Source: the human T2T-CHM13v2.0 reference genome, Homo sapiens. Taken from it: DNA of 64,000 nucleotides. A program made the position numbers and the translations under genes. The stretch lies in the NCBI RefSeq assembly GCF_009914755.1, contig NC_060935.1; one strand, 5' to 3'. Each line of letters starts with the position of its first letter. Positions within the stretch are counted from its first letter, which is position 1. Under the pieces are notes generated by a model. It was not told where the DNA came from and made no database searches. It worked only from the letters and a program-made list of their open reading frames with translations. Shown here piece by piece: positions 1-12,896 of the stretch.

Positions 1-799
1 TTGCTTAACCGTCTTACTTAGAAAATGCCTACAGATACTCAGTTCCTCAAATGCACTCAGTACTTGCTTAACCGTCTTACAAAGTCAGCAAGATGAACGG
101 GGCCAGCCTGCAGTCCTGCCTTCTTGCCCTTCTTACACCTTCACCATTCTTGGCCATTGCTGGCTGAAATCCAAGTCATGAAGCTCAAATGTTGCCCCAT
201 ATGCAAAGCTCAAGAGAGAAACAAGTTCAAATCTTGGCTGTGGTGAAGATTTGAAGATTAGAAAATAGAGAATAGTCTGTTGCTAGCACCAGAATATAGC
301 TTCACAAGGACAGTCACTTTTTTTCTGGTTCATCCATTTCCCAGGGCCAAGAACAGTATCTGGCACATGAATGCTGTTCATAAAAAAGGAGCAATTTGGA
401 CACAGACACACACATGGAGAATGTCATGTGAAGGGTGGAGTTATGCTGCTACAAGCCGTTACCTTGATTTGGACAAGGTAATGAATTAAAAAGTCATAGA
501 ATTCCAGGGTGCAAGAGCCCTTAGGAATTTCTTAGCTTAAGAGCCTACATGGTATAAAAATCCTTCAGAATGTCCCTGGAGCCTGCCAAACATGGCTCAG
601 TGCTGATGACGGAGATGTCAAAATAACCTGAGCCAATGATTGGGAAGAGTTTCCTCATGCTCAGCCAAAAATCTGCATCCTTATACTTTGGAAGGAGTTT
701 TAACGTCCCCCTTAAATCTGTTCTCTTTTTAAGCTAAACAATTCCTACTCTATTAACTCAAGGACATGGTCTAGAGTGTCTTTACCAATCTGGTAATAG

Positions 800-1090
800 T
801 AATAATAGCCAACATTTAGTAAGCGATGACTGTGTACCAGATTTTGTTCTCTAAACGCTTTATGTGCATTGATTTATTTAATCCTTATAACAACTCCACA
901 AAGTTAGTACTACTATATTCTCTCTTATGCTGCTACAAGCCAAGGGACCACCAACCACCAGCCAATTTCATTACAGGCAATAAAATTGAGGCATGAGGAG
1001 ACACTCACCTAAGAGACTCAGTTAGTAAGTGGCATGGCTGGGATTTGAACCCATATAGTCTGGTTCTTAATCACTATATATTGCCTCAGA
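800..1090 (-). mobile_element. MIR, representative of many copies (others near 2950-3230, 10010-10160, 14190-14460, 23650-23910, 35300-35570, 38510-38690, 42170-42420, 56510-56690)
   Basis: MIR core motifs aatcct(c/t)a(c/t)aacaac, tgaggc and gggatttgaaccca. Confidence 0.75.
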
Positions 1091-2513
1091 AATTGTCTTT
1101 CAGCATTTTCAGGCTTCCTATCAAGTGTGATGCTTAGGGAGGAATATGTAAGTTTTCATAGAAGAGGTCAGAAATACCATTACCCTGGCTTGGTCTATAT
1201 TCCCTAGGCAACAATGTAAAGTGCCACCTCCATCTCCTGCAGTTGTACAGTGCACAACCTGCACAATGGCATGTGACAGTTCCATCCGTGCATACACGAC
1301 CTTCCCAAAGCTCTCCTTGTCCTATGTGGCCATGGTAACAATAAAGATCTTGCTGAGAACTGCCAGTAGGAGGGGGTGACATCCCTGGAAATGCATGTTG
1401 AATGTTTGATTTGGACCAAGTCTGTAGGATTCAGAGGATCTTTGGGGTCCTCACCTGTCCACAGTCTCCTTCTGAGATGTACCCTGACTTCATTCTCAGG
1501 TAACACGTCCTAGAGTACCCCTTTTCTTACTCTTCCATGAGCAGTGAACTTCTTGCGGGCTGGAAGATGACTTTGGGAAGCCTTGCCAGACAGCAGCCCC
1601 TTACCTTTCACTCATCCCCTGCCCCTGCGTTCATCATGGGTGGATGTAGGAGCTCAGGCTGGGAATACCCAGCCCGTCCCCAGGATAACCTTGTCCTTTC
1701 CAGCTCTCCCAGCTCACTGGGCAGGCCACAGCCTCAACAGAGTCCTGCCACAGCAGCATCCCTACCCCTTCCTGGGAAATGTGTGTAATCTGAGGCTGGT
1801 CCCAAACCTCCCTACACAGCACTGCTAGTTGTGCATCTGAGCATGGCCTGGCGTGAAAGGTCACCAGGACACCAAGGGCTCCCTGTACAGCCCAGCTGCA
1901 TGAGTGTTCTGTGGCTTTGGGGGATGAGGAAGGGAGACCCAACCCTTTGAGACTTGCTGCAGCTTCACATCAAGAAGCTTATTTACAAAGGCAGCTCCCA
2001 GCATTCCTGGCAAGCACAAATTCACAGTTTCCCACGCCAACTGAATTTCAAAACAAAGGAATTAGAGATAAGCAGATTGTCAGAGCTAGGAGTGTTGAGC
2101 CTAAAGAAGCCCAATCCAGCTTTATCATCTGCAGACAGAAATACAGGCTCAGATGAAACTCATCAATGGTGAGAGTGGTCAGAACCATCCTTACCTTTGG
2201 GTGGAGGTATGACCAAGAGGACAAATGAGGAAGCCTTCTGGAATGATGGGTTTGAACTTAATGGTGACTGTACAGTGTATACAAAGTTAAGAACTGTGCA
2301 GTTAAGATTCGTGTATTTTAGTATAAAATTCTACCTCAATAAAATAGTAAAACAAAATAAAGGCCCAGAGAAGATTAAGGTGATGTTGCAATTGTGTAGC
2401 AAGACAAACCCTTGAACTCAGGCATCCCAATGCCCACTTCACTGTCCTTTCCTAACTCCCTTACATTTTTGGTGCCATAGTAACTCAGTGATGCTCCAAC
2501 AGTTTATGAGTAG

Positions 2514-2817
<304 letters not shown>

Positions 2818-3650
2818 TATGGGTAGGTTTTGACCAGGGCAGGCCCCCATGGCAGATGGCACCATGGGGTCAAGGAGAGTCAGTCCAGGGTTGGTTGCAG
2901 CTAGAACCTTGAGGGTATTTACACTGAACAGGAGTCAGGGTTAAAGTGGAGTAATAATGGTAACACCATCCTTATAGAAATACTAATAGATAACATTTAT
3001 TGAGGACTTACTACATACCAGGTATGGTTTTAAATATTTTACATGTGTTAAATCCTCACAACAACCTTTTTGGTGTATCTACCATTGTTAGTCCACATTT
3101 TACAAACTAAAAAAATAGGCTTAGATTTTAAAACCTTGCCAAGATTTTACAACTAGAAAGGCTCAAAGCTGGTATTTAGATTCAGGCAATCTGGCTCCAG
3201 AATCCACACTGTAAGTATAACAGATACTGTCCCATATTGTATCATCTGCAGTTGGTAGAGAACTGGCAGCCTTTGCTCAGGCCAACATCTACCATCACAC
3301 AGACAAAACATTCAACATTTGTCCAATGGTCCAGATAAGATCACAGGTGTCAGAAAGCAGAGCAAGAATTTACAGAAAGACCAACTACTTGTGACCTGGC
3401 TACCTTGGCCCACATTCAAGGATAACATGAAGACATTCTGTGCTGAAAACCCAGGTGCCCGACTTCATTAATAATCAGAGAACTGCAAATTAAAACCACA
3501 GAGTGATAGTACTATACACCCACTACAATGGCTATAATTAAAAATATGGGTAATACCAAATGTTGGCAAGGATGTAGAGCAACTAGAACTCTAATATAAA
3601 GCTGGGAGAAGTAAAAATTGGTACAACAATTTTGGAAAATTGTTTGGCAG

Positions 3651-5150
3651 TTTATTAGTTGGCTCAGGCTGTCACAAAGTGCCACAGACTAGGTGGCATA
3701 AATAACAAATTTATTTTCTCACAGTTCTGGAGGCTGGGAAGTCCAAGATCAAGATGCTGGTCAATTTAGTTTCTGCTTAGGAACTACTTCCTGGCTTGCA
3801 GACAGCTGCTGTATCACTGTGTCTTTCATGGCAGAGAGAAAAGAAAGCTAGTGATCAGGCTCTTTGATGTCTGCTCTTATAAGGACACTAATCCTATCAG
3901 ATTAGGGCACCACCCTTATGACCTGACTTGACTTTAATTACTTCCTCACTTGAAATACTACCAGGGTCAGGGTTTCAACATATGATTTTCAAGGAGGGGC
4001 ACAATGCAGTCCATAACATTCTGCCCCTGGCTTCCTCAAATGCATGTTTTTAAGGCATGCAAAATACATCATTCCATCCCAACAGCCCCAAAGGTCTTAA
4101 CTCATTCTAACATCAACTCTAAAGTCCAAAGTCTCATCTAAATATCCTCTACAGCAGGTAAATGAGACTCCAAGTACAATTCATCCCAAGGCAAAATTTC
4201 TCTTCGAATGTGAGCCTGTGGAATTAGATAAGTCATGTGGTTCCAAAACACAACTGTGGGAAAGGCATAGAATAGATATTCTCATTCCAGAAGGAGAAAT
4301 CAGAATGAAGGAGAGTGATGAGTCCCAAGCAAGTTCAAAATCTCAGCAAGTCAAATTCCATTAGCTCTTAAGGCTCAAGAATAACCCTCTTTGGCTCAAT
4401 GCTCTGCCCTCCAGGTCCACTGGGGTGCCAGCATCACTACCGTGGCTGTGTGGGGTGGCCCTGGCCCTTAGGCTAGACAGGGCACCAGCCCTTCTCCTGG
4501 TCTTGTGGTGGGAGTGGCAGCCCTGATGATCCCTAAAAATGCCTTTTGCATCATTCTTCCTTTTCTTGAGGAACAGAGCACATTCACAGCCAAATAGCTC
4601 TATGGTCCCTATGGTCCTATGTACTCCAAGTCCAATAGCATTCTTTCATTCTATCCCACTTTCTCTGTCCCCTTTAGTTCAAACTGGCAGTCTCTCTACA
4701 GGTGTAATTTCATCTGTATTCCTGGCTTCTGTTGAAATGACTGGCAAAGTCCACCTAAGTCAAACTCATGTTCTCTTTATCATGAGCCACACCTTAGTGT
4801 TTTTTTCAGAAAGAGCTTTCTCAGTTTTTTGCAACATGGATAGGCTGATAATTCTTCAGATCTTTAAGTTAAGGTTAAGTGAGGTCACAGGGATACAGCC
4901 CTGACCTGATAGGATTAGCATCCTTATAAGAATAGACACCAGAGAGCTCATTGTTGTGTGCTGTCTGTCTTTCCCATGTGAGGACACAGCAAGAAGGTGG
5001 CCATCTTCAAGACAAGAAAGGAGCCCTCACCAGAAACTGAATAGGCCAGCACTCTGATCTTGGGCTTCCCAGCCTCCAGAACTGTGAGAAAATAAGTTTA
5101 TGTGTAAGGCCTGTGATATTTTGTTTTGGCAACCTGAGCAGACTAATGCA
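3651..5150. mobile_element. MaLR composite: full MLT1A-type LTR (-, 3651-4018), internal sequence (-, 4019 to about 4865) and 5'-truncated MLT1A-type LTR (+, about 4869-5150)
   Basis: MLT1A hallmarks appear in both orientations (ctcacagttctggaggctgg and ccagcctccagaactgtgag). Termini are (t)ttattagt and gactaatgca, with a PPT-like junction at 4019. Confidence 0.8.
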
Positions 5151-5445
5151 GGCAATGTCTACTAAAGTGAACATATTTCAACCCTATGACTCAGGAATTC
5201 TGCTCCTGGGCATAAAACCAAAAGAAGTGAGCATATATGTACACCAAACGACATGATCAAGGTTGTTCATAGCAGCAGTATTCATGATACTTCCAAACTG
5301 GCCATAGTCCAAGTGTCCATCAGCAGTTGAATAGATCATGAATTATAGTATATTTATAAAATGGAATACTACATAGTAGTAAAAATGAACAAATTACAAC
5401 TACAGGTAATAGCAGGGACGTATCTCAGAAATGTAATGATGAAAG

Positions 5446-6446
5446 TGTTCCCTTTTCACCACATCCATGCCAACATCTATTGGTTTTTGACTTTTTAATT
5501 AGGCCATTCTTGAAGGAGTAAGGTGGTATCTCATTGTTGTTTTAATTTGCATTTCCCTGATGATAGTGATGTAGAGCATTTTTTCATATGTTTGTTAGCT
5601 GTTTGTATATTTCTTTTGAGAATTGTCTATTCATGTCCTTTGGCTTTTTGATGAGATTATGTGTTTTTTTTTTCTTGCTGATCTGTTGAGTTCCTTGTAG
5701 ATTCTGGATATTTATCCTTTGTTGGATGCATAGTTTGTGAATATTTTCTCCCACACTGTGGGTTGTCTGTTTAATGATTTCTTTTGCTGTGTGGAACACT
5801 TTTACACTGCTGGTGGGAATATAAATTAGTACAACCACTATGGAAAACAGTATGGATATTCCTTCAAGAACTGAAAGTAGAACTACCATTTGATCCAGCA
5901 ATCCCACTACTGGGTATCTACCCAAAGGAAAAGAAGTCATTATATGAAAAAGATGCATGCACATGCATGTTTATAGCAGCACAATTCACAATTGTAAAAA
6001 TAGGGAACCAACCTGAGTGCCCATCAGCCAACGAGTGGATAAAGAAAATGTGGTATATATTCATCATGGAATACTAATCAGCCACAAAAAGAACTAAAAT
6101 AATGTCTTTTGCAGTAACTTGGATGAAGCTGGAGGCCATTATTCTAAGTGAAGTAATCCAGGAATGAAAAACCAAATATCGTACGTTTTCACTTTCATAT
6201 AAGTGGGAGCTAAGCTATGAGGATGCAAAGGCATAAGAATGACATAATGGATTTTGGGGACTTAGCAGGGAAGGTTGGGAGGAGGGGTGAGGAATAAAAG
6301 AGTACATACTGGGTACAGTGTACACGGCTTGGGTGACGGGTGTACTAAAATTTCAGCAATCACCACTAAAGAACTTATCCAAGTATCCATGTAACCAAAA
6401 ACCACCTGAATCTCAAAAACCATTGAAATAAAAATAAAAATTAAAA
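5446..6446 (+). mobile_element. 5'-inverted (twin-primed) L1PB-type element: inverted part about 5446-5790, sense part about 5793-6446
   Basis: ORF2 C-terminal remnants on opposite strands (ORFs 5584..5964 - and 5784..6077 +), L1PB-like 3'UTR and A-rich tail. Degenerate TSD aaatgtaatgatgaaag (5429-5445) and aaatataattatgaaag (6447-6463). Confidence 0.85.
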
Positions 6447-6950
6447 AAATATAATTATGAAAGAAGTCAACATAAGAAAATATATATTATATAGTCCTAT
6501 TTATGTAGAATTCAAAATCAGGCAGCAATACTCTTATTTTTGATCTGGGTGTATTCACTCTGGAAATTGATTAAGCTGTACACTTACAATTCATTTATTC
6601 CCTCTATATATGTTTTACTTCAATACAATGTTTAAAAAGATAGTCACTCATTAAAAATGCCACACCATTGTTAACAATGAGGAACGTGTTGCCATACTGG
6701 GTTGTGTGAGCACAACCTGATTTGCTGGCCTGCAATTAACCAGCCAGTAATGTCACAGCAACTCAGTCCCCAAAAAGGACAAGATGGTAGAGGTCGCAAT
6801 GGACAATCCCTGGGAAGGCTCAGCATTCACACACAGAGTGACATACACGTCATGATGTCCTTCAGTTGTGTGTTTCGGTAGGCAATAGCTCTTTTAAACC
6901 CTCTTTTAATTGTAATTGCACACATAGGCATATCTTACATGCTAAATATC

Positions 6951-7250
6951 TTTTTTTTTTTTTTTTTTTGAGACGGAATCTCGCTCTGTCGCCCAGGCCG
7001 GACTGCAGTAGTGCGATCTCAGCTCACTGCAAGCTCTGCCTCCCGGGTTCACGCCATTCTCCTGCGTCAGCCTCCTGAGTAGCTGGGACTACAGGCGCCC
7101 GCCACCACACCTGGCTAATTTTTTGTATTTTTAGTAGAGATGGGGTTTCACCGTGTTAGCCAAGATGGTCTCGATCTCCTGAACTCGTGATCCACCCACC
7201 TTGGCCTCCCAAACTGCTGAGATTACAGGTGTGAGCCACCGTGCCTGGCC
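6951..7250 (-). mobile_element. Alu (AluY family)
   Basis: Reverse Alu with AluY-type diagnostics (ctgcaagctc, ttcacgccattc, gtgttagcc, gatctcctga.ctcgtgatcc) and a long T tract. Confidence 0.95.
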
Positions 7251-7884
7251 TAAAACATCTTTTTAAATCATTGTGTACTTCTGGAGATAAGTAAACTCTG
7301 GGAATGTTATCAATTCAGAACAGGTCAGCCTATGACATTCTTGGTCAAGGGTTGTCTGCTGTACTTTGTTCAACGAACCATTTATCTTGCCTGTGTCTTG
7401 GCATCCTCTTTGAGTATCTGAAGCTTAGACTATGAATGGGGAATTTGTAAGAATAACTTATTTTCCTGGTAGCTGCCCTTCATTCTCCACCAGAAGAAGG
7501 TCAGAAGAAGAGCTGGAAAGAAGGACCATGGCTATAAATTTTGGCCCCAGCTATGATCTACTAAAGGGCCGAGCTGAAGACCATGCCATGGTACTCTGAA
7601 GGGACTCTGACATTTCAGGGAGCTTGGGAGAACCTCCCACTCTTGCTAGGGAGCAGCTTGGTTGTCAGAGCCAGAACTGTGATGTACCCATAGTTTCCAC
7701 AAAGGAAGCAGGTGTTTCTCTTTAGAAGTGTAACCCCTTTCCTCCTCATCATCCTGGAGGATCCTGGAGTCATAGCATCCACTCCCTCAGCTTCCTTCCA
7801 GGCAAGGCAGGTGTGACCCATCCTCTTCAGCTCATGAGGATGTGCCCTAATGAAAAGCCCCAGAGGCCCCTGGTCCCAGAGCTG

Positions 7885-7941
7885 CCATGACAGAGCCTAG
7901 CTCTCCTTCCCCATGACAGAGCCTAGCTCTCCTTCCCCATG
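7885..7941. repeat. 26-bp tandem repeat, 2.2 perfect copies
   Basis: ccatgacagagcctagctctccttcc at 7885-7910 and 7911-7936, then ccatg. Confidence 0.95.
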
Positions 7942-7992
7942 CCAGGCACTCATATGCACACTCCTGGCACAGGAATCTCTTAGAGGACTCAC

Positions 7993-8088
7993 CTGAGGCG
8001 TCATCCCATGGCAGATGTACATGATGGGAACATTCTCTGTATCTGGCCCCTGGTCAAGACACAAATCAGTCTTCAGAGAATTCTGCAG
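7993..8088 (-). CDS. GALNT18: GALNT18 coding exon (probably exon 9), ricin-B lectin alpha repeat
   Basis: Acceptor tctctgatgttcag, donor gtgagt. Translates LQNSLKTDLCLDQGPDTENVPIMYICHGMTPQ (CLD...CHG...Q lectin motif). Confidence 0.94.
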
Positions 8089-11000
8089 CTGAACATCAGA
8101 GAACAGATGGCCACACCAAAGAGAGAGGAACAGAGAGAGCAAATGAATTAACTCTGGAGAAACAAGTATTCTGCTGAGACAGATTTCGTGTCCATAATCA
8201 GCCCAAGGCCCTTGAACACTATAGAACCAACAAGCACCAGCTTTTGCCTTGCGTAAAGGTGCTGAGGGGAGACCAGCCTCCTTTGCAGGAGAAACACTTA
8301 CATGTCATTAAACAGTGAGCTGGGTTACAGGAGATGTGCATGCGTGTGCACACACAAGATGGTGCTTGTTCTTCAGCCCCTCCACTTCCTCAGGGGTGGG
8401 ACAACAGCCTTCAAGTGTCCCTGAGAGAAATCTTTGCTCTTTAGTGTTGGGGGAAATGGGCAACATCTTAGCTATTTTCAGGCCTCAGAGGTCCCCTGGG
8501 ACCAGACGCTCTCTGCCTCCTGCAGACCCAGCAGTGGCTTGGCCAGCCCCTTGGTGGCCCACTGCTTAGGGTCTTCCAGAGTGGGAGGTCGGATGGGAGA
8601 ATAAGAGAGGAGGGGGCCAGGGTGGGAGCAGGAGAAGAGAGCAGCATCTCTTATCCTCACCTACAGGTGGATGGATCCAGTCTTGGCAATTAACACATGT
8701 CTGGGTAAGACAGCTTATATTCAATGTTACTTTCTTGCTTACAGCCACTCTCAGCCCTTGGAAGGGCAGCCCATAGACCTCATGGCCCTGCTCACCGGCC
8801 ACAACTGAGTGGACCATGGTGGGCACCAACCCACGCTTCAGAATTAATCACTCTCTTTCTCTGCCTCTCTCTCCTCCCCATCTCATTACTCTCTTATCCT
8901 GTCTTAGGAACCTAAACAGAACCCAGAGACTGTGATCAGTGGGTGGTGGCCACTAGAACTGTAAGGCTGTTTAAACTGGGCATGGGGGGTTCTGTTGGCC
9001 ATGGCCATGTGCAAGCAGAGAAAGTCAGTTGTGATCAAGGATATGACGATGCACGAGGCAGACAGAATGAGAGACAAAAGAGACCATCTTGCCCCTGCAG
9101 CGGCTTCAGTGGCTTCCCTGCTGGAGTACCCATGTCCAGCTGCATTTCACTTCCTACTCCTGTAAGAGTCTGTGGTACCTTTACCCCCCTCACCTTAACT
9201 TGAGCTGGCTTGACTAGGTTCTCTCCTTAGCAATCAAAACACTCTGCCTAGAACAGGGGACTGGAGATCAGAATCCAGGGAAGACAAGGAAAGAGGCCAC
9301 AGGGAGGCTATCTATCTGCGGGGAGGCCAGAGACAGCAGCAGGGCCTTTGTACTCCTGATGGTTTGTGGCAGGAGCAAAATGAAGCCAATGAAGAGGCAT
9401 GAGATGGAGCCGATAACCAGAGGCCCACGTGTGCTCCATGCATACCCTGTTCCTAACAGGGGACAAGGAACAGAGTTGAATTCTTTTCTTTTGAGCTTCC
9501 TTTCCTCTACTGGATGGTAGCACCTTAATCCCAAACTTGCAGTTCAGGGATTCTGAAGAAATATTGCATGAATGTGTGTCTCAGGCAGAGCCCCCAGTAG
9601 CATTTCTGCAGCAAATCCTCCATTATAAACCAATTCCTTGGTTTACCTTAGTGGGAAGAGCATATGTAAACACACTTTGTTCTTGTCCTACAGCCCATGA
9701 AGAGGTGGGTGTCATATCTAAAGCCAAGCACTGTAACCCACTAGGAAAATCTCCTAACTGCTGTTGCAAAGAGGAAGGCCTGGAGAGCCCTGATATTAGA
9801 CTTGGCTTTCCCCTGGGTTCTTAATGCCAGTGCTTGGGTGAGAGGGTGGGTGTCTTTTGATAAAGTCCTCCCTGGCTCTGTGCCATTCCTTCCCCCACCC
9901 CCCACCATCCCTTAGGCAGGTAGTCCACTGAAGGAGCTAGAAGCAACAGGCTGGGATGGAAACCTGGCTCCAGCTGAGGGGTCTTGAATAAAGCAATGTA
10001 ACTCCTTCTTGTTTGTTTTCTTCCCTCTAAAATAGGAATAATAATAGTGCCTACCTCATAAGGCTGTTATGAGGATTAAGTGAAACAATGTCTACAAGTG
10101 CTTAGCATAAGGCCTGGCAAATAACAAATGTTGCAATAATTGTTGGCTGCTATTATTATTGCTGTAACCTTCCTCAAAGCCATTCAGGGAAACCAGCTTT
10201 TAGGAATGCATCTATGTGTCAGGTACCATGTGAAGTGCTTTCCACATATGTCTCACCTAATTCTCATAATGACTAGCCAGCCCAGAGATATTATCTCTTT
10301 TAAGGATGAAGGAACTGTGGTGTAGTAACAAGCTCCACTCTCCTCCCTGTCTATAGTGCTATTCAGCCTGTGTGGACACTTCCCCATATCGCCCTTGGTC
10401 TTGGCCTCCTCTTTGCCTCTTCCCTTGGCTCTCAGCTTATCTGCCACTCTGGAAGCCTTTCCCGACCCAAGTCTGGTATGAGACCACATTCCTGTGCTTC
10501 ACTAGCACCCCATTTCTCAGGGTAGCACTTAGCAGGTTGCATTCTTGTTCCTTCTTCACTTGTCTGCCCTGTTAGTCATCAGACTGGGTCTCAGTCTCAC
10601 TGTATATCATACAGGCCAGGCACAAAGGAGACAGTCAACACTCGTGGAGTGGGTGAGTGAGTGGGTACATGAAAAACATGCGTAAATGACTGGCATTCCC
10701 AAATGAATGGAATCATAGTCGGACAAGTGAAAGAGCTGGTCTGTCAGACTCCAAAACCCAAGCTCTTTCCGTAGTGCAAATGGCTATAATCCTGAGGCTG
10801 TAACATATGCCCTACGAAATGGCATTACTGTGACCACTAAGGTTTTGCACATTGTCAAGTTTACATAGCCATTAAGGGGCAAAGCTAACATTCAGAAGCC
10901 AGGCATGTCTGTTTCCAGATGCCCCTCCATCTCTACTCTCAGCACCAGAGCTGTGATTAATCCAATGCTACCCCATCTCCTGGACATGAAGCTCAATGAT

Positions 11001-12858
11001 CCAGGGGAAACTTATGCCCACACGATGGGGCCCACAGGTCCTTAGGCCTGCAGGAGTCATTAATGGGACCTATTAGTGGATTAATGGGCTGGGCTATAGA
11101 CTTGATACTGGCTCGACTCAGAGTCCCAGAAGTCATTTGTCCTGAACAATGTCATTTGGGCATGAGTTGGAACAGAAAAAGGAAAAAGAAATTATGCCCC
11201 TGAAAAGACATCTGGTCTCTTCATTTTAGGATAAAAATAATTACCAGGAAGAATGATTCAGACCCAGCAAATACTCTTGCTATTGTGGCTGCATCCCACT
11301 TTGCCCATCTTCAGCCAGTTGCCCCCATTAAGAGTTCATTATGCTCTTTGACAAGCAGACGTGTCTCTGCTTATGTAGGGGCTTGTCCCGTGGAGAAGGC
11401 AGGAGGGAGGGGAGGCTGGCTGGGCCCTGAGCAGTGGTGGGCTGATGAATGTGTAGGGGGTCAGAGCCCTCTGCCAGCCGCAGGGATGGCTAACACAGCT
11501 CAGCCCTTTGGGATGGCAAGTGAATGGTTTTCAGTATGACAGTAAACACAGGCCCAGCTCTGGACTCAGACAGATCTAGATCACAACCCTGTATTTGCCA
11601 CTTAGTATTTGACAAACCAAATGTTTCTGGGGATGGCATGGAGGGCCTACATGTTAAACCTGTTGCACACATGTATAAGATGAGATGCTTTTGCTTGGAG
11701 GATGAGAATGCCTTTGGCCAAGACCCAGAATTGCAGTGGCCACATGTACACACCTCTACTGTTACTGCTTCTCCTGCCTCTCTGGGTGAGTTTGGCTAAT
11801 CCTGCTCAGCCACAGCTGACAGCCTGCTGAGAACATGAATCCAGAAGCTTGCCCTGGCTCACAGAGGCTTGGGGCCAATAGTTTCTCTGGAGCCACAGCA
11901 GCGTAACTCTCCTTTTAGGATTGGGTTCACCCATGGCCAAGCAGCATACATAGCTTGCTATGGGTGGAGTGTGGGGCATCAAAGGCAGCTGTGTCCTCAG
12001 GATGGTTCTGGGGAGGTGAATGGGACAGATAGGCACCTTACAGTGCAATGTGTTTCCATGGGGACAACAGGATCTGGAGACTCAGGTACTACCTGAGCAG
12101 CACTGGCTGAGGTGTTTGCAGAGATGTGAATTGCACCAGCCTGAGAGGTGGAGAGGTGAGAGGTCACTGCATGGTTCTCTTGGGATATGTCAACCATGCC
12201 ATGGGGACACTCATGGGAGGATAACACTGTCTCCTACAATCTGGCCTTCTGGCTAACAGAGACCCTGGGGGTAGAGGGCATGGGTCTAGGATTCCAATTC
12301 TGTCTGCTTTGGAATCCTAGGATGTATATGATATAAGAGTTGGGGGGCACATAGGGAGCACTGAGCCCAATCTCTCAGCAGATTCTTCCCGCTTATAGGC
12401 AATTGTCCTGTTCACTACATTCCCATCTGGGGCAGGCTTTGAACTCAGCTTTAACCACAGCTAATCAAAAGAAGAGACTTCAGTTCTTCCTTCAAGTTTT
12501 CATCTTGAGATATCAAAAAAGGTCTGAGGGGACACTCTCCAAAGGGAGGAATCAGAGTGACACCAGAAGCTGGTTTTTTAGACTTGGTTTCACTGCTGAT
12601 TATGTGAGCTTGTGAAAAATCACTCTTTGACTCTGTTTCCCCACCTGTGACATGGAGGTAATATAGCTAATCCTACACAGAGTAGTCTTGGGGGTTTGCC
12701 ATGGCAAAAGTTTATGTGTTTAGACTGTAAGTCAGCAAAAGCCAGGCGAGATAGCCAAAAATCAATCAAAATACCATTTAAAATACCTTACGGCATTTGA
12801 CCTGTACGGTCCAGGGAATATTGAGAAAATGGGAGAGTTTATCATATTCGAAGTATTT

Positions 12859-12896
12859 TAACCTTAGACAGAAAATACATTTTCTGTCTAAGGTTA
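12859..12896. repeat. Perfect inverted repeat, 18-bp arms with 2-nt spacer
   Basis: taaccttagacagaaaat-ac-attttctgtctaaggtta. All 18 pairs were checked by hand. Confidence 0.97.

Larger units (their letters stand above)
3460..6640 (+). mobile_element. Old L1M 3' fragment split into three pieces (about 3460-3650, 5151-5445, 6464-6640) by later insertions
   Basis: L1 ORF2-end and 3'UTR motifs (gcaaattaaaaccac, aaatgttggcaaggatgtagagcaactagaactc, aatggaatactac) resume collinearly after each insert. Outer boundaries are approximate. Confidence 0.75.

Noticed and set aside
5584-6077. ORFs resembling L1 ORF2 (also 45878-46376) and Alu-derived ORFs elsewhere
   Set aside because: They are decayed retroelement fragments, not genes.
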